Source: Octopus sinensis (taxonomy: Eukaryota). Taken from it: a stretch of DNA of 64,000 nucleotides. Of this stretch, positions 37,949-51,946 are shown in pieces (within the stretch, counting starts at the first letter, position 1; the number at the start of each line of letters is the position of its first letter). Under the pieces are notes generated by a model, which was given only the letters and a program-made list of their open reading frames with translations, made no database searches and was not told the origin of the DNA. A program made the position numbers and the translations under genes. The stretch spans positions 28,148,001 to 28,212,000 of the forward strand of contig NC_042998.1 in the NCBI RefSeq assembly GCF_006345805.1, read 5' to 3'.

Positions 37949-38172
37949 TTGGGTTGTCCGGAAAGTTCGTACCGATTTTTAAAGGAAAGAAAAAAGTGAA
38001 AAAAGTCTTGCCATTACTTTTTTAATCAACCATATACGAACCATTTTGTTGCACATGCGTCTCCATCTTTCCTTTAACTTGAAACTACCCTCTTCCCAGA
38101 ATTGTGGTGCTTGGAAGGGTAAGTCGAAAGGTAAGCTACTATAAATCGGCACGAACTTTCCAGACAATCCAA
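37949..38172 (-). mobile_element. mariner-derived MITE
   Basis: About 30-bp TIRs TTGGGTTGTCCGGAAAGTTCGTACCGATTT / AAATCGGCACGAACTTTCCAGACAATCCAA; internal QFWEEGSFKLKERW. Confidence 0.85.
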
Positions 38173-38290
38173 TAATTTCAATAATCCTAAACATATACAA
38201 ATGACTTTACCATTATATGATACGGATTGAACCAGTGGAATGCCTTGGATTATATAATCCTTAACGAGGACTTAACTTCCTCGAATTAAC

Positions 38291-38294
<4 letters not shown>

Positions 38295-38377
<83 letters not shown>

Positions 38378-38425
38378 GTCTATCTGTCTATCTATCTATC
38401 TATCTATTTATCTGTCTGTCTGTCT
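38295..38425. repeat. (TATC)n repeat
   Basis: Direct repeats. Confidence 0.95.
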
Positions 38426-39113
38426 ATCTATCTATCTCACTCGCTCTCTCACACTCTCTCTCTCTCTCTCAAATTAATACCCAATTTTTCACCCGCATTT
38501 TAATTTTAATATATATATATATATAATATATATATATATATATACAAACCTATACAAATACATATTTATAAACACACACCCACAAACTAACATATATATA
38601 AATATATATCTGTATGTGTGAGTGTGTGTCTATCGTACGTCATGAGTCATGGAAATTGGTCCTGGAATTGATCGCTGTTGTCCATACCCATATCAAACCT
38701 GATGAACTAAGTTCTAAAATCAAAACCATAAGAACGCTTAAAGCCTTTTAAGACGTCTTTCCTTTGTGAAGATGGTAGTGGTGCAATTGCAAGGAGTTTT
38801 CCTTGCTATTTCAGGCATATCTAAACGACCACGTAGAAGATATTTCTTCGGGCAGTGGACATGAAACGTTATTGTTAGTAAATTGAAATAGAAACACCAC
38901 CTGGTGAATAATTACAGTTTGGCATGAACAGTCAAAACTATTTCCAAACTAGTGCCAATGATTGGGAAACAGCGCAAATAACATCGTTCCCGAGAGTAAA
39001 AAGGAAATACAAAATGACATTCAATCTATTCATATAGAAGACAACACCTGGAAGGGTTTTAAACCACGGTGGATTCAAGAAAGTAATTGCATTTTCAGAA
39101 ACAGAGATTTATA

Positions 39114-39851
39114 TAAGGTGCGGTGAATAAATTGTCGTTTAAATGCCGCAGAAATGAAAGTAATACTGACATCTTATTTTGACTAATATATTTACCAAAA
39201 TCACAAAAAAATATCTTGAAGTACTAGAGAGTAGGTTTATTCAATAAAATCGTCATTGGATTCAACCACGGCCTCTAGACGACTTCGGAATCTCCTGCAA
39301 CGTTTGTAGACGGTCTCCTTGTTTAAGTTGATGAATGCGGCCATAATCCTTGCTTTCAGTTCATCTTTGGTGTTACAAGGAGTTTTATTGGTCTCCTGCT
39401 TCTGTGGCACGATGCGGAGTCCTGTTACCAAATATAGGGTCTTCCAGCAGCCACGCACTTCACTCAGGGCAACACCGCTTAGTCGGAGGCCATGTGGGAA
39501 GATGATTGGAGGCATGACATCACCATCACTAGTGATCACTTCAAACACCATGATGTTCAATGCATGTTTAATTTTTATCACTCTCTGTACATGTCCTCAG
39601 ATGGCACTGCCCCAGATTGACACCCAAACACTCTATAATGTTCGTATTGGAGCTTTCGATGCAAAGTCAAGCAGTACAGTATGTTGTTTCCAAATTTCTG
39701 GCAGAGGAAATTGCGTCATGGAACTGTTTTTCTCATAGACGGCGCCCAACTGACCCTACATTATTCTGTAGACGACAAAACCAAAAACAAATACTTCGCG
39801 TGCTCGAAATTAAAAAGCAAAATGGTGATAATTTACCCATCGCAGACTGTA
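39114..39851 (-). mobile_element. Tc1/mariner (maT/DD37D-like) deletion derivative
   Basis: KHALNIMVFEVITSDGDVMPPIIFPHGLRL…NTKDELKARIMAAF…FRSRLEAVVESNDDFIE*; degenerate TIRs. Confidence 0.85.
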
Positions 39852-40034
39852 TATTATATATATATTACATTTCTAAATATCTCAGGGAGATATCAGCAGT
39901 AGTGGTACGATAGAATAGTTGTATGCTGTCAACTCAATGTGACAGTCCCATGAAGGGAATCACACCACTGCTATTTAGCCCAAAGAAGCATCAACGCTTG
40001 CTGTCGGCCTTGACACATTTCTTGTGTCCTAATG

Positions 40035-40164
40035 TTTACAAGGGGAGACAAGCACCTCTACCCAGCTACGTCTGCACCCAGAGACTAGTTTCTGAGTCTT
40101 TACTCAGAAACTAGTCTCTGAATGCAGGCTTAGCTGGGTGGGGTGCTTGTCTCCCCCTTGTAAA
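40035..40164. repeat. 130-nt hairpin at the end of an interspersed repeat
   Basis: Inner 19-bp perfect stem CAGAGACTAGTTTCTGAGT-CTTT-ACTCAGAAACTAGTCTCTG; outer arms imperfect. Confidence 0.85.
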
Positions 40165-40719
40165 GGCGTATACACAATTTTATATATGTATATATTCACT
40201 TATTTATACAAAAATGTCCCTCCCACATACACACACACATATACGTGCATGTATTCAAATATATGTCTCTTTTAATTTGCTCATATAATCTCAACATTAC
40301 ATTTCTTTTTCATTGATATACTTTTGTCATAAAACTGTTTTTTATATATGTATAAAACTGTTTTTTACTATAGTTTTCTATATAAGATCCATTCATTAAA
40401 CATCATGATTAGTGTATATATTTACACACCTTTAAAACCATCGCTTCTTATATTCACCCATCCATTCATAATCCTTGATGCATAATCCCAAATATCCTGT
40501 GTATTTTGCAATATTTAAAAAAAAATATTTTCGTATTTTCCCTAACAATTTCTTTTTCGTGTTTTGTGCATTTCCTTTATCCAACTCCATATATTTTTCC
40601 TTCGTAAGGTTATATATACCAACCTCGTCGGACATTTCTGTAATCACAGAAAATCGTAATCGTAAAACTTGGAGTAACGGCTAATGATATTTTCAGCTCC
40701 CAACAAATATAACAGAAAG

Positions 40720-40781
<62 letters not shown>

Positions 40782-41181
40782 TCTATTGAGTACTTTCTTT
40801 TATCCTTCTTGTTTACATGATTGTTTGTGTAAGACACATCACTTCACACGTATACATTCATATAAATGTCAAATCTAAATGTCAAATGGGATCAATTATT
40901 CAAATGTTATATACAGCTACAACGATAAAGCAGCCTTTCCAGCGAAAACTTTCCAACATTATTTATGAGATTTTCTGTTGTACGCTGATATGAAAGATGG
41001 TGTCTGAATTAGATAATAGAAAACAAATTTTGTAAACCATTTTCAATATTTATGTTTGTTAATAATATCTATTATATCCTATAGTCTCCTTTGAATGCGA
41101 AAAAACGTTGTTAATTTCAGATTCATGTGTGTCCTTCATAAAGGTATCTCTCTATTTCATTTTCGTCTGTGTTGTTGTTGC

Positions 41182-41216
<35 letters not shown>

Positions 41217-41269
41217 TATTATTATTATTATTATTGTTATCATCATCATCATCATCATCGTTGTTATTG

Positions 41270-44200
41270 TCTTTACTTCTCAGAACGTTCGGTCTTGTTT
41301 ATTCTGGTAGATTCTGTGACAGCGGACATCAGCCTGTTGTCAAAGGTCTCACAGGGTCTCTATCCGCACATTATATGCTTTGATGCTTTGTTGTTAATCA
41401 TTAACAACAGTACCAGTCTCAAAATTCTAGCTCTCCCTAGCAGAGCAGTATTTTGGGTTTGCTCTGCTCTCATGTCAATTATGATTTCTTTGAAATATTT
41501 CTCGAACTTGGCTGTTAGTGCTCCAAGTGTCCCTATAACTACTGGAATGACAGACACACACCTCATAGTCCAAATTCTTGCGATTTCGTCTTTTAGTAGT
41601 CTTTACTTTTCAATGTTCTCTAGTTCTTTGTCACTTATACATGCATCTCCAGGTATTGCAATATTATGATCTTCGTTTCCTTTTTCCATTTATCTACCAC
41701 AAATGTATCTGGTCTCGATTAGGGGGTCACATTAGATTGTAAAATCCCACAGTATCGTATGTTCCTTGTTCTCGGTGACTCCTTCTGCTTCATGTTTGTA
41801 CCATTTCCGTGCTCTGTTCAGGCCGTATTTTTCACCTAACCTCCGATGGACGAATTTAGCCACATTATCGCGCCTCCTTTTGTAGTGCTTTTGGGACTGC
41901 TTCCTACAATCACTCGCAATATGTGAGATCGTTTTTTTCTGCTCCCACACATCGTACAAAGGGGTTATTCGCTACTCTTATCTATTTGGAACTTAATAAT
42001 TAATCCTCAGAGCTTGTTACTGGGCGCCGCATATCAATGCCTCAGTGCATCCTTTCAGGTCACTTTTTCTTAGCCAATTCCAAGTATTGACCTTGTCTTT
42101 TCTTCTGAAGTATTGCGCATGCAGTGGTTTCATTTTCCAGTTTTTTACTCTTTCACCTTCATCTTGTTTCTTAAATTTTTGTAGGTCCACCACATTTTCG
42201 GTAGGTATTGTATTGTTAATTCTAACAGCGGCAAGCTTGGATTCACTCTACTGTTTGATGTACCATATCAGACCGTTCTTCTCGTTGATAACACAGATCT
42301 TGCATTCTATGAGACCTCTTCCTCTCCTGTTTCTAGGCACATACAGTCTGCAAGTATCATTTCTGGGGTGAAGTTCCTTGTTAATTGTCATCACTTTTCT
42401 AGTTTTCCTGTCCATTTCCTCAAGCTCATTCTTTGTCCACCTAACAACACCTGCGCTGTATCGCATTAAGGAAACAGCCCATGTGTTCATTGCCCTGATT
42501 TTGTTTTTTCCATTGAGCCTACTTCCCATAATTAGTTTTGTTCTTCTGAGATATTCTCGCCTAAAGCTTTCCTTCATTTCACTTTCCTTGATTTTGTCGT
42601 ATTCTAAAATTATCAGCTATTTTTATCCATGAGTCTCAATATCCTTGATTTTCTCGCCGTTGGGTAGCTCTGCACCATCAGACTTGGCATTTATGTATTA
42701 TAAGCATAAGACACTTTTAGTCTCAAATTCCATTCCGATATCCTTACTGAATATCTGCACTGTTGAAACTAGGCCACTTATTTCACGTTCGGTCTTTCCA
42801 AAAAGCTTTAAATCACACATATATAAGAGGTAGTTTAATTTTCCTCCATTTTTCAAGGTGTACCCCGATGTCGCTTTCCGTAGTATCAGTGTGAGCGTTA
42901 TCATACAAATCACATACTGTTACTCTAAATATGCCTCTCTTGATGTTAACCGTCGCCAAAAATTTTCCACATGAAGTTAACTCTTTTACTTGTTTCAGTC
43001 ATTTGACTGTGGCTATGCTGGAGCACCGCCTTTAGCCGAGGAAATCGACCCCAGGACTTATTCTTTGGAAGCCTAGTACTTATTGTATCTGTCACGTTTG
43101 TCGAACCGCTAAGTTATGGGGACGTAAAAACACCACCATCGGTTGTCAAGTGATGTTGGGGGAACAAACACAGACACACAAACATACACACACACACACA
43201 TACATTTATACGACGGGCTTCTTTCAGTTTCCGTTTACCAAATCCACTCACAAAGACTTTGGTCGGCCCGAGGCTATAGTAGAAGACACCAGCCCAAGGT
43301 GCCACGCAGTGGGAATGAACCCGGAACAATGTGGTTGGTAAGCAGGCTACTTACCACAAACCCACTCCTGCGCCTATACTCTGTATTCCAGTTTTTCATT
43401 GATCTTCTAAAAAAATTTCATATGCCATCAGACACCTGTATCAGCTCAAGACTTTCTACAATCCATGTCATACGATTTCTTATAATCGATCCACGCCATG
43501 ATCAGATTAGTAAGTCTTTCTCGCAGTCGTTCAATACCATTCTGTCTATCGGAAGTTGGTCTTTGGTTCCTCGGCTTTTCCTTCTGCACCCTTTCGGTTT
43601 CATTAGCAGGTTGTCATTCATTTCTAGGACGTTATACACATAATTAGATATCATTGCTGTTATCTGCTTCCACATCAGAGGCAGACAAGTGATAGGCTGG
43701 TAATTATCCACTGCATTACTTTTGCTGGGAATTTTTTTACCTGTGGTCAGCCACTTTAGGATTTGCACACTGTTGTTGATCATTTTATCCATTTGCGTAT
43801 CTATTCTTCTGTGTAGTGCTGAGAAAATTTTCAGCTAATATCCTTGTGCCCCAACCAATCCTGGGCATCTTCAGCTCGGGATTTTTGTTGTCTGTTCGGT
43901 TACCATTTCAATCGCTATTCCAATGTTGCTTTGTTTCATTTCTTATTTTCCCGACCTTAATTCCTCCAACCATTTAGCATCTCTTATTGTGCCGTCTTCC
44001 ATTATATCAGATGTTACTCTAAAGCCTTTTACTTTCTTCGGCGTCAGGTCTCTCACTGCTGCTGACCTTTCCATTCAGCGTTGACAAACCCTTTTCCGGT
44101 CTTGTTTGTAGAATCTGTTGATTTTATATTATTCAATTCTTTGGTCATATTTCTTGACCTTAATCGCTTTAGCCTGCAATCTTTATTTTAGCCCTTTAAG

Positions 44201-44585
44201 AACTTCGTTTAGCCCCTTTTTTTTATCCCATGTCTACGTTCTAGTTCCTGATATTTACCCCCCACCCCACTGATTAATCTTTTTTCCTTTCTTTCCTAGA
44301 TGTGTATATATTTTCGTAATTCTTTCGTTGATTGTTTTATTGTTCTTTTCCACCAAGGTTCTTTATCTTCATTCTCACATTTACGGTTTGGTTCGTGGCC
44401 TACTTTATTTCCTATATAGATGATGAGGAGTTATAATCAATCTATTAGTTCCGGGTATATTATTTGACTATTTCAGTCACCTTAAGGGTCCACCCACTGA
44501 GCAATTTGTATCTATTTTCCTGAATCCATTTGTTTCCATATCTAGGTTCTCTTCAATGATACTAATAATGTCTTCGATCATTTCT
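41270..44585 (-). mobile_element. R2-superclade (RLE-type; R4/NeSL/HERO-like) LINE, decayed, split by a SINE
   Basis: NYQPITCLPLMWK, NYLLYMCDLKLF (RT), ISHIASDC…RRRDNV (zinc knuckle/RHD), IPVVIGTLG…ALLGRARILR (RLE); (TAA)n at 3' end. Confidence 0.9.
42981..43374 (-). mobile_element. SINE family B inserted in the LINE
   Basis: Full family B copy; LINE continues on both sides. Confidence 0.9.
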
Positions 44586-44621
<36 letters not shown>

Positions 44622-44655
44622 GTCGTCGTCGTTGTTGTTGTTGTTGTTATTATTG

Positions 44656-44702
<47 letters not shown>

Positions 44703-44705
<3 letters not shown>

Positions 44706-46424
44706 TAGTTTTATTTTTATAGCGTGCTTTCACTTCACTACCGAGCACAGCTCTGTGTGCCTTGGGTATGTGTTGTGATTTGTTGTGGTGCTCTGATGGT
44801 TATTGTATGGAAAGTGTTCTGCGTAGGATGAGTGCAGTGCCTAGTAGTGCAATTTTCTGTATGTTATATGTGTTTGTAAGTCCTGGTGTTTTTGTTATGT
44901 ATTTGTCTGAATATTTTTTTATCATGCCTAATGCACCTACTATGATAGGAATTGTTTCTGTTTTCAGATTCCACATTCTAGTTACCTCTATTTCCAGGTC
45001 TTTGTATTTTGAGAGTTTCTCAATTTCTTTTAGAGAGACGTTGTCATCAGCCGGTATTGATACATCAATTAGAAAGCATTTTTTTCTTCATGATCTCTGA
45101 CAACTATATCTGGTCTGTTGGCCTTAATTTCTCTATCTGTGTGTATCGGCATATCCCAGAGTATGGTTGCTTTCTCGTTTTCTGTGACCTTTTCTGGTGT
45201 GTGCCTATACCATCTTTTTTCTGTTGTTATTCCATAATGTTGGTATAGCTTCCAATGTATGTAGGTTCCAACTCTGTCATGTCTGTGAATATATTCCTTC
45301 TTAGCCAGGACTGGGCAGCTAGAGATAATATGATTTATTGTTTCTTGTCCATCTCCACATATTCTGCAGTTACTTGTAATATTTCTTTTCATTACATGTT
45401 TTTGGTAATTTCTGGTAGGGAGGCTTTGGTCTTGTGCTGCAATTAAAAATCCCTCTGTTTCTGCTTTGAGTCCTGAGCTTCTCAACCATTGCTGGGATTT
45501 TTCTTTGTCTATTTCTTTTGCGTTTAGTTTAGTCCAGTATTTACCATGAAGGGGCTTTTCTTGCCATCGTTTTATCATGGTTCGTTGCTGTTCTATTTTT
45601 AGTTTGGATTTCATTTGTTTTATAGCTTTTGTTGTTTCTTCATCTTCTTCTTCTTCTTCATGTTTATTAGGTGGTATGATTTCTTGTTTGTATTTGTCAG
45701 GTTCCTTAAATACTGAGAACAGTTTTTTGTTTTGCTCGTGTTTTGCCGCTATCTGGATCAGTTTTCCTTCCTTCTGAAGTAGATATTTTTGCAGTCCTAT
45801 GGTGGTTATTTTATAGTAGTTTTCCAGCTGTATAAGGCCTCTACCACCTTCTATACGTTGTATATATAGTCGTTCTATGTCAGATTTTGGGTGATGCATC
45901 CTAGATCCTGTCATTATTTTTCTTGTTTTCCTATCTATTTGGTCAGTTCATTTCGTGTCCAGTTAAGGATATTGTAGCTGTAACTTATAACTGGGACAGC
46001 TAAAGTGTTGATACCTATTATCTTGTTTTTAGTATTGTGTTTAGTATTGATCTAACTCGTCTATAATATTCTTTTTTTATTTTTTGTTTCATTTGTGTGT
46101 GTTGTGTCTTATCTAGTTCATGGATTCCTAAGTATTTGTAAGTTTGGCTTTGGTCTAATTCTTTTATTTCATTGGTTTTATCTAGTGTGATGTTGCTACT
46201 CTTAACTAGCTTTCCTCTTTCATGGTTACTTTGGCGCATTTTTCTAATCCAAATTTCATATCTATTTCTTTGGTAAATCCATGAACTGTCTTTAATAGTG
46301 TTTCCAGCTGTTTGTCATTTGCAGCGTATAGTTTTAGGTCATCCATATATAAAAGGTGGCTGATCGTTTTGCCGTAACATTTATATCCGCATCCAGTTCT
46401 ATTTAGCATATCAGATAGAGGTGA

Positions 46425-46435
<11 letters not shown>
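44703..46435 (-). mobile_element. Second RLE-type LINE, 5'-truncated, better preserved
   Basis: SHLLYMDDLKLY, FGLEKC, 281-aa ORF with CRICGDGQETINHIISSC, HRHDRV, KANRPDIVV; C-terminal QKIALLGTALILRRTLSIQ*; (TAA)n on both sides. Confidence 0.95.
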
Positions 46436-46455
<20 letters not shown>

Positions 46456-46997
46456 GAGTGAGAGAGCAGTTCATGCCATCAAAGTGACACTGGGGTAAAA
46501 TATACGAAGCCCAATATACCCATCATGACTACCCGTCTGATAAAGGTACACCAGGCACATGCATCACAACCATATGTGCGCGACATGGTGATCTCATATC
46601 AAGATAAACAGCACATGACCTTGCAGGTGGGGCCCAGTTAGAATTTTCGTCAGGTTGAGTAGCCCATCCCACTCAAACGGTCCCTGAATAAGGGTTGCCT
46701 AAGGATGTTGAAAGAACCACCCATGTTTCCAGAGGTGAACTATTCAAACCCCAAAGAAGCCCTCTCAACACATGACTATGATGCTCCCCCCACTACTTCT
46801 GCTCGTGATCAGGGATGCACATATCGTCAGCCACTAAGGGACATGCTCAACTGGTTAAGGTCAAACAACTGACAAGCAAATCTGGTATTGAGCAGAATAT
46901 TTGCTGTAGCCCATCTTTTATACCAAGACAAAACAATGTACATGATAACACTTCCAATCAGTTAAGATCAGAAGCCATGAGAGCCACTGCCTGGTAC

Positions 46998-46998
<1 letters not shown>
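46456..46998 (-). mobile_element. 543-bp non-coding element flanked by (TAA)n
   Basis: Sharp boundaries against ATT runs, no ORF; orientation is inferred. Confidence 0.55.
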
Positions 46999-47058
<60 letters not shown>

Positions 47059-47059
<1 letters not shown>

Positions 47060-47259
47060 TATTCTATGTTTGACTTTTGCTTTATATTTGTACAAGTTGG
47101 CTCCAAGTCTCACCCAGAGACCTCAAGAGGCAACAGGTTGGAAGTTCATCTTGTTGTTATGCCTAGTGTGCCATATATTTGGTTGTTTCTTTTTTTTGGT
47201 GTTGTACTAGTGGATGTCTAAAAAAAGATTGTTTGTTTTAAACCTTGAGATTACATAGA

Positions 47260-47262
<3 letters not shown>
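47059..47262 (-). mobile_element. 3' UTR-only copy of an RLE LINE
   Basis: Begins CTTTCTATGTAA (…LSM*), ends in (TAA)n. Confidence 0.6.
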
Positions 47263-47302
<40 letters not shown>

Positions 47303-47305
<3 letters not shown>

Positions 47306-47404
47306 TAGTTTTATTTTTATAGCGTGCTTTCACTTATCATGCCTAATGCACCTACTATGATAGGAATTGTTTCTGTTTGTATGATAGGAATTGTTTCTGA
47401 AACA
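47303..47404 (-). mobile_element. Deleted mini-copy of the 44703 LINE 3' end
   Basis: Identical to 44703-44735 joined to about 44921-44962. Confidence 0.85.
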
Positions 47405-47420
47405 ATTATTATTATTATTA

Positions 47421-47475
<55 letters not shown>

Positions 47476-48356
47476 CATTATTACTATTATTATCATTATC
47501 ATTATTATTATTATGAAATGAAAGGACATTATTAAAAATATTAGACGGCTATCTAATGAATTTCTGTCACATTCAGAATTGTGACCGTATTTGTAGTCAT
47601 AAGTCTTTCATTAAATATACATATTTGATTTCTGGTATCGGATTAGTATACTTGTTTTGAAGCACTGACGACTAATATCGGGGAAGAAAACAAATGAAAT
47701 AATATTATGTGCCACAAAGTAAATGTCTATGAAAATATATGGCAAATTCCAAGAAAGGTAACATTTCTACTTTATCTTCGCTACATTGGGTTTTACTCCT
47801 GCAATTCTCATCAAACTGTCCCTCCACATACAGACACGTACGTGCATATTCATATCCAAACGTATTTGTATGTGTAAGCCAGATAAATGATGTGTGCTGG
47901 TGACGCCTTTCTAGGCAGAAACATTACTAACAGCTGTCTTCCAAACAAGGAAAAATGTATTTTGTTATAAATGTGTTGTTAATTCAGGAAGTGATTAATC
48001 CTTCAGGTTATCTCTCCTGACCCTTCCGACTCGGTCACAATCAGTCGCTGAGTGTTTTAAAATTTTCTCTTGAGGTGAAAATGTTTGCGACAAAACAAAG
48101 ATTTTTTTTTTACTTGACATTTAGTAGATATATATATTGTATTGTCTTTATTGTCCAAAATCATACCACCGCCCTGCATGAGTTATTTATGTGTGTGCGT
48201 GTGTGTATGTGTGTATGTGTGTTCGTGAGTGTGTGTATATCAAATGTTTATAAATTCTATTCAAGGATTATCGAGATATATGTATATATACATATATATA
48301 TATATGTATGTATAGACACGTGTGTGTATATGTATTTGTGTATATATATACATATA

Positions 48357-48404
<48 letters not shown>

Positions 48405-50084
48405 CATACATACATACATACATACATACATTATATATATATATATGCAGAGTCTGACCACCTGTCAAAGTGTGTGTGAGTGTGTGTGACTGTGTGTGTG
48501 AGATAGAGAGAACGCAGACGAAGAGTTTATGAACGCCAGACACAGCTCTCAGTTATTAGAAAGAAAGACAAAAGAAATAAGGTCAAACTAAGAAACAACT
48601 TGACAGGCGACAGCCACATCACTTGAATGTGGTGGACGTTTGATATAATTGTTAGAACATTCTACGTCCGTCTGGAATTTCAGATTACTTTTACATTATT
48701 AAATATTATGCTACAGCTGCGTCCAATCCTAGTGAACGGCTGAGGAGTCATCATTAATGTTTGCTGCATCTGATACAAAGTACAACCAGGTAAAACAGAT
48801 CTATTCTGTTTCATTAAAATGTTATCATTCAAGTACGTGATTAAAGCCATCAGTTTTGTTTTACTTCAAACCAGACGTTCAAGGGCTGAAAAGAACTATC
48901 TAGCTCCCTGTTGCTTATTTATATAACGGAAAATTGAAGAGCTGTTAAATCTAAATAATGAGACATATCTTTCCCCAGCAAAGAAATCAAACCAGTGCAA
49001 ATTCAATAACTAGTAAATACTTCAGTCGAAGCAGCCTTCACACAATATCCAAGCAGAACCAGATTATACCTCTATGAAATTACTCACGTGTAATCTGGAG
49101 TGACGTGGATAGGCTCTAGAATCCGTGCAAGGCAACAGAAATCATACAATATGAAGACGTGGTGATTCTCGCTTTATATGACAGCCTGGTACACAAAGAA
49201 AACGTAAAAACAGATTTGCTTGCGTGGACACAATTCTTAAACCCTTGTTAGAGAAACGCCACATCAACAAAGATTCCAGACACTCGGTGAAGTTGTTATA
49301 AATTCAGAGACACCAAAACTGAAATGAAACCACATCCGCAAGACGAATTTTGAGAGGCGGGAAAATTCAGCGATTTAGCTGCAAAATACAGCTGAATTCA
49401 ACGACACGCTTGGAAGGTTTATATTTTTCTCTGGAGAAAAGTACCCCGCTCTTGAATTACGTGATGGGAGAACAATATGATACGAAAAATAATAGAAAAA
49501 AAAAGTCTAAGTGATTTTCTACGCAATTCCACTTATTTCGAATATACTAAAGCGTGTTGATGGGAAAAACCATAGAAAATATTATTTATTGTACCATTAA
49601 TGTGTCACTGCACGATCCGTCGAGTCCAGTGGGTTCTTTGGACGCATCCATGCAACTCTGAGATAGAATGTTATAAAAGTATACAAAATTCCTGCAGATA
49701 TGTGGGATTATGCTGGTATCATAGGTGTTGATAGAATACCAAAAGAATTGGGGAGATGTTAGGAATAATTGCAGAGTCTAACAAAAATGTAGTTATAGTT
49801 GAGAAGAATCTTACAAGAGAATGGCATAACAGACTGTACGAGAAATTCATAAAAGCGTTACTATCCTAAACTCAATGTGGATTCAGAAAATGATGTACCA
49901 TGGATGTAGGTTTCTGCCTCGGAAACAACCAGAAGGAATGTGTGGAACTAAATGCTTTGAGTAGATTGGTGATATGATATTTGAGAGACATCGAGTTAAA
50001 ACGTTAGTGCTATTCAAAAACCCTATTATGGAGCGAAACATCTGGCCTCTAGTTTGGACACATTCATAGACAGACAGAAACCTG

Positions 50085-50504
50085 TTTATCTTTACATTTA
50101 CTTGTTTCAGTCATTTGACTGCGGCCATGCTAGAGCACCGCCTTTAGTCGAGCAAATCGACCCCAGGACTTATTCTTTGGAAGCCCAGTACTTATTCTAT
50201 CGGTCTCTTTTGCCGAACCGCTAAGTTACGGGGATATAAACACACCAATATCAGTTCTCAAGCGATGTTGGGGGACAAACACAGACACACAAGCATATAC
50301 ACACACATACATATACACATATATACATGTATACATATATACGACGGGCTTCTTTCTGTTTCCGTCTACCAAGTCCACTCACGAGGCTTTGGACGGCCCG
50401 AGGCTATAGTAGAAGAAACCTGCCCAAGGTGCCACGCACTGGGACTGAACCCGGAATCATGTGGTTGGTAAGCAAGCTACATACCACACAGCCACTCCTG
50501 CGCC
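50085..50504 (-). mobile_element. SINE family B
   Basis: Full-length. Confidence 0.9.
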
Positions 50505-50919
50505 TGTTGCTAAAGCAAATATGAGAGAAATGTTTCTCTAGTGATCTCGAATAAGATAATGACACAACGATGAGGTTGTAAATAAAAGAACTAGGTATGA
50601 AAGCCCGTAGCTGCACCCAAGCAATTCGAGACAGAAGTCAGTGGCAGGAATGGAGTTGCTACCGATGGTAATCATTCTTACTTCTAATGGACAGGCATGG
50701 TGGACTACCGTTAGATTGTCTATGATGAGGTGATATAGTTATATATATTTAAATATTTATACGTGTATGTCCTTGTGTGCTTTATGCTATGTGTGTGTGT
50801 TTTATGCTATGTCGTGAATGACTCCAAAAAGATAATTAAGATATTGCCTTCCCAAATTAGCATAAATCATCCTTTTAAAAACTAATGAAATGCAATAAGT
50901 TTAAAATAATAAATTTCGT

Positions 50920-51321
50920 TTTTGGATTTGGTTTACAAGATTCTTTATGTGAGTTCGTGTGTTGAAGCATATTCTGTTGTGTTTGGGGTGAGTCATTCTC
51001 TTTTGGTGCCTTATAATTTAACACTCTTACGATGGCATTAATCTATTAGCATAATGGTTTAGGAAAACCTTTTTTCGGATTGGTTTAATTGTCTGTATTC
51101 TGTTCAATTGTGGTTGTTTATTTAACGGCATAGAAACTACCAGGAGGCAGGGGTCGTGGCGAACCCTGCAGTACTCTTTCACCTCATTCAGACCACTTTT
51201 ACATTATAGGAGAAATGGGAAAGAGGAAATTTGCTGCGTAGAAAAATGAATAAGTAAACGAGTAGAATTTTTACCGGTGAGTGTGTTAAATTATAAGGCA
51301 CTAAAAAATACACAACAGAAT
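50920..51321. mobile_element. Second foldback element of the 4500 family
   Basis: Same leader TTTGGATTTGGTTTACAAGATTCTTTATGTGAGTTCGTG and inverted arms; SINE C fragment in spacer. Confidence 0.7.
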
Positions 51322-51946
51322 TAAAAATAAAATAACAATGGCAAGGAAAATTAGAAAATGTTATTTAGATTTATCTTATTTTCTTATAAGCGTTCGGAGT
51401 CATTGATGTATTAGCAGCTAGACGCTGCGTTATCAACTCATTACGTATTTACAAGCGAACATATATAAAAAGAACACACATTGATACAATCTCTTCTTGA
51501 CGTTAACAACTATTAAACATATTTCTGTTTACTATGATACATGGCAGTAGGTCTCTACATATACGTTAAGCACTGATGTAATTTTAAATCACTTAATCTT
51601 GACAAAGCGAAGCAATACTGCACAACAAATGAAACAAGCAATTACGGCGGTTATTTAACTTTCAGGACTATCTTAACTATATTTTACTTATATTGTCGTC
51701 GTAAATTCAGTCGAAGCACATAAACAAATATAAAGATTATCGCCAAAGTCATTATTCAACTCAGTAACTCATAACGGTAGTGTATTTTATAGATTTCAAT
51801 TGCAGAATATAATAGTCGTATTTAGAGGATCAACTGTAATAAACGAATAAACTAAATTAACCAAGAACAAACATTTACTTTCTAACATTGTTGTTAGTTT
51901 CTTTTTATTGATATGGTATAAATGTCGTGACTCAATGGCCCAGTGG

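Noticed and set aside
38640-39110. Protein-like frames in unique sequence
   Set aside because: Multiple stops in every frame and no family motif
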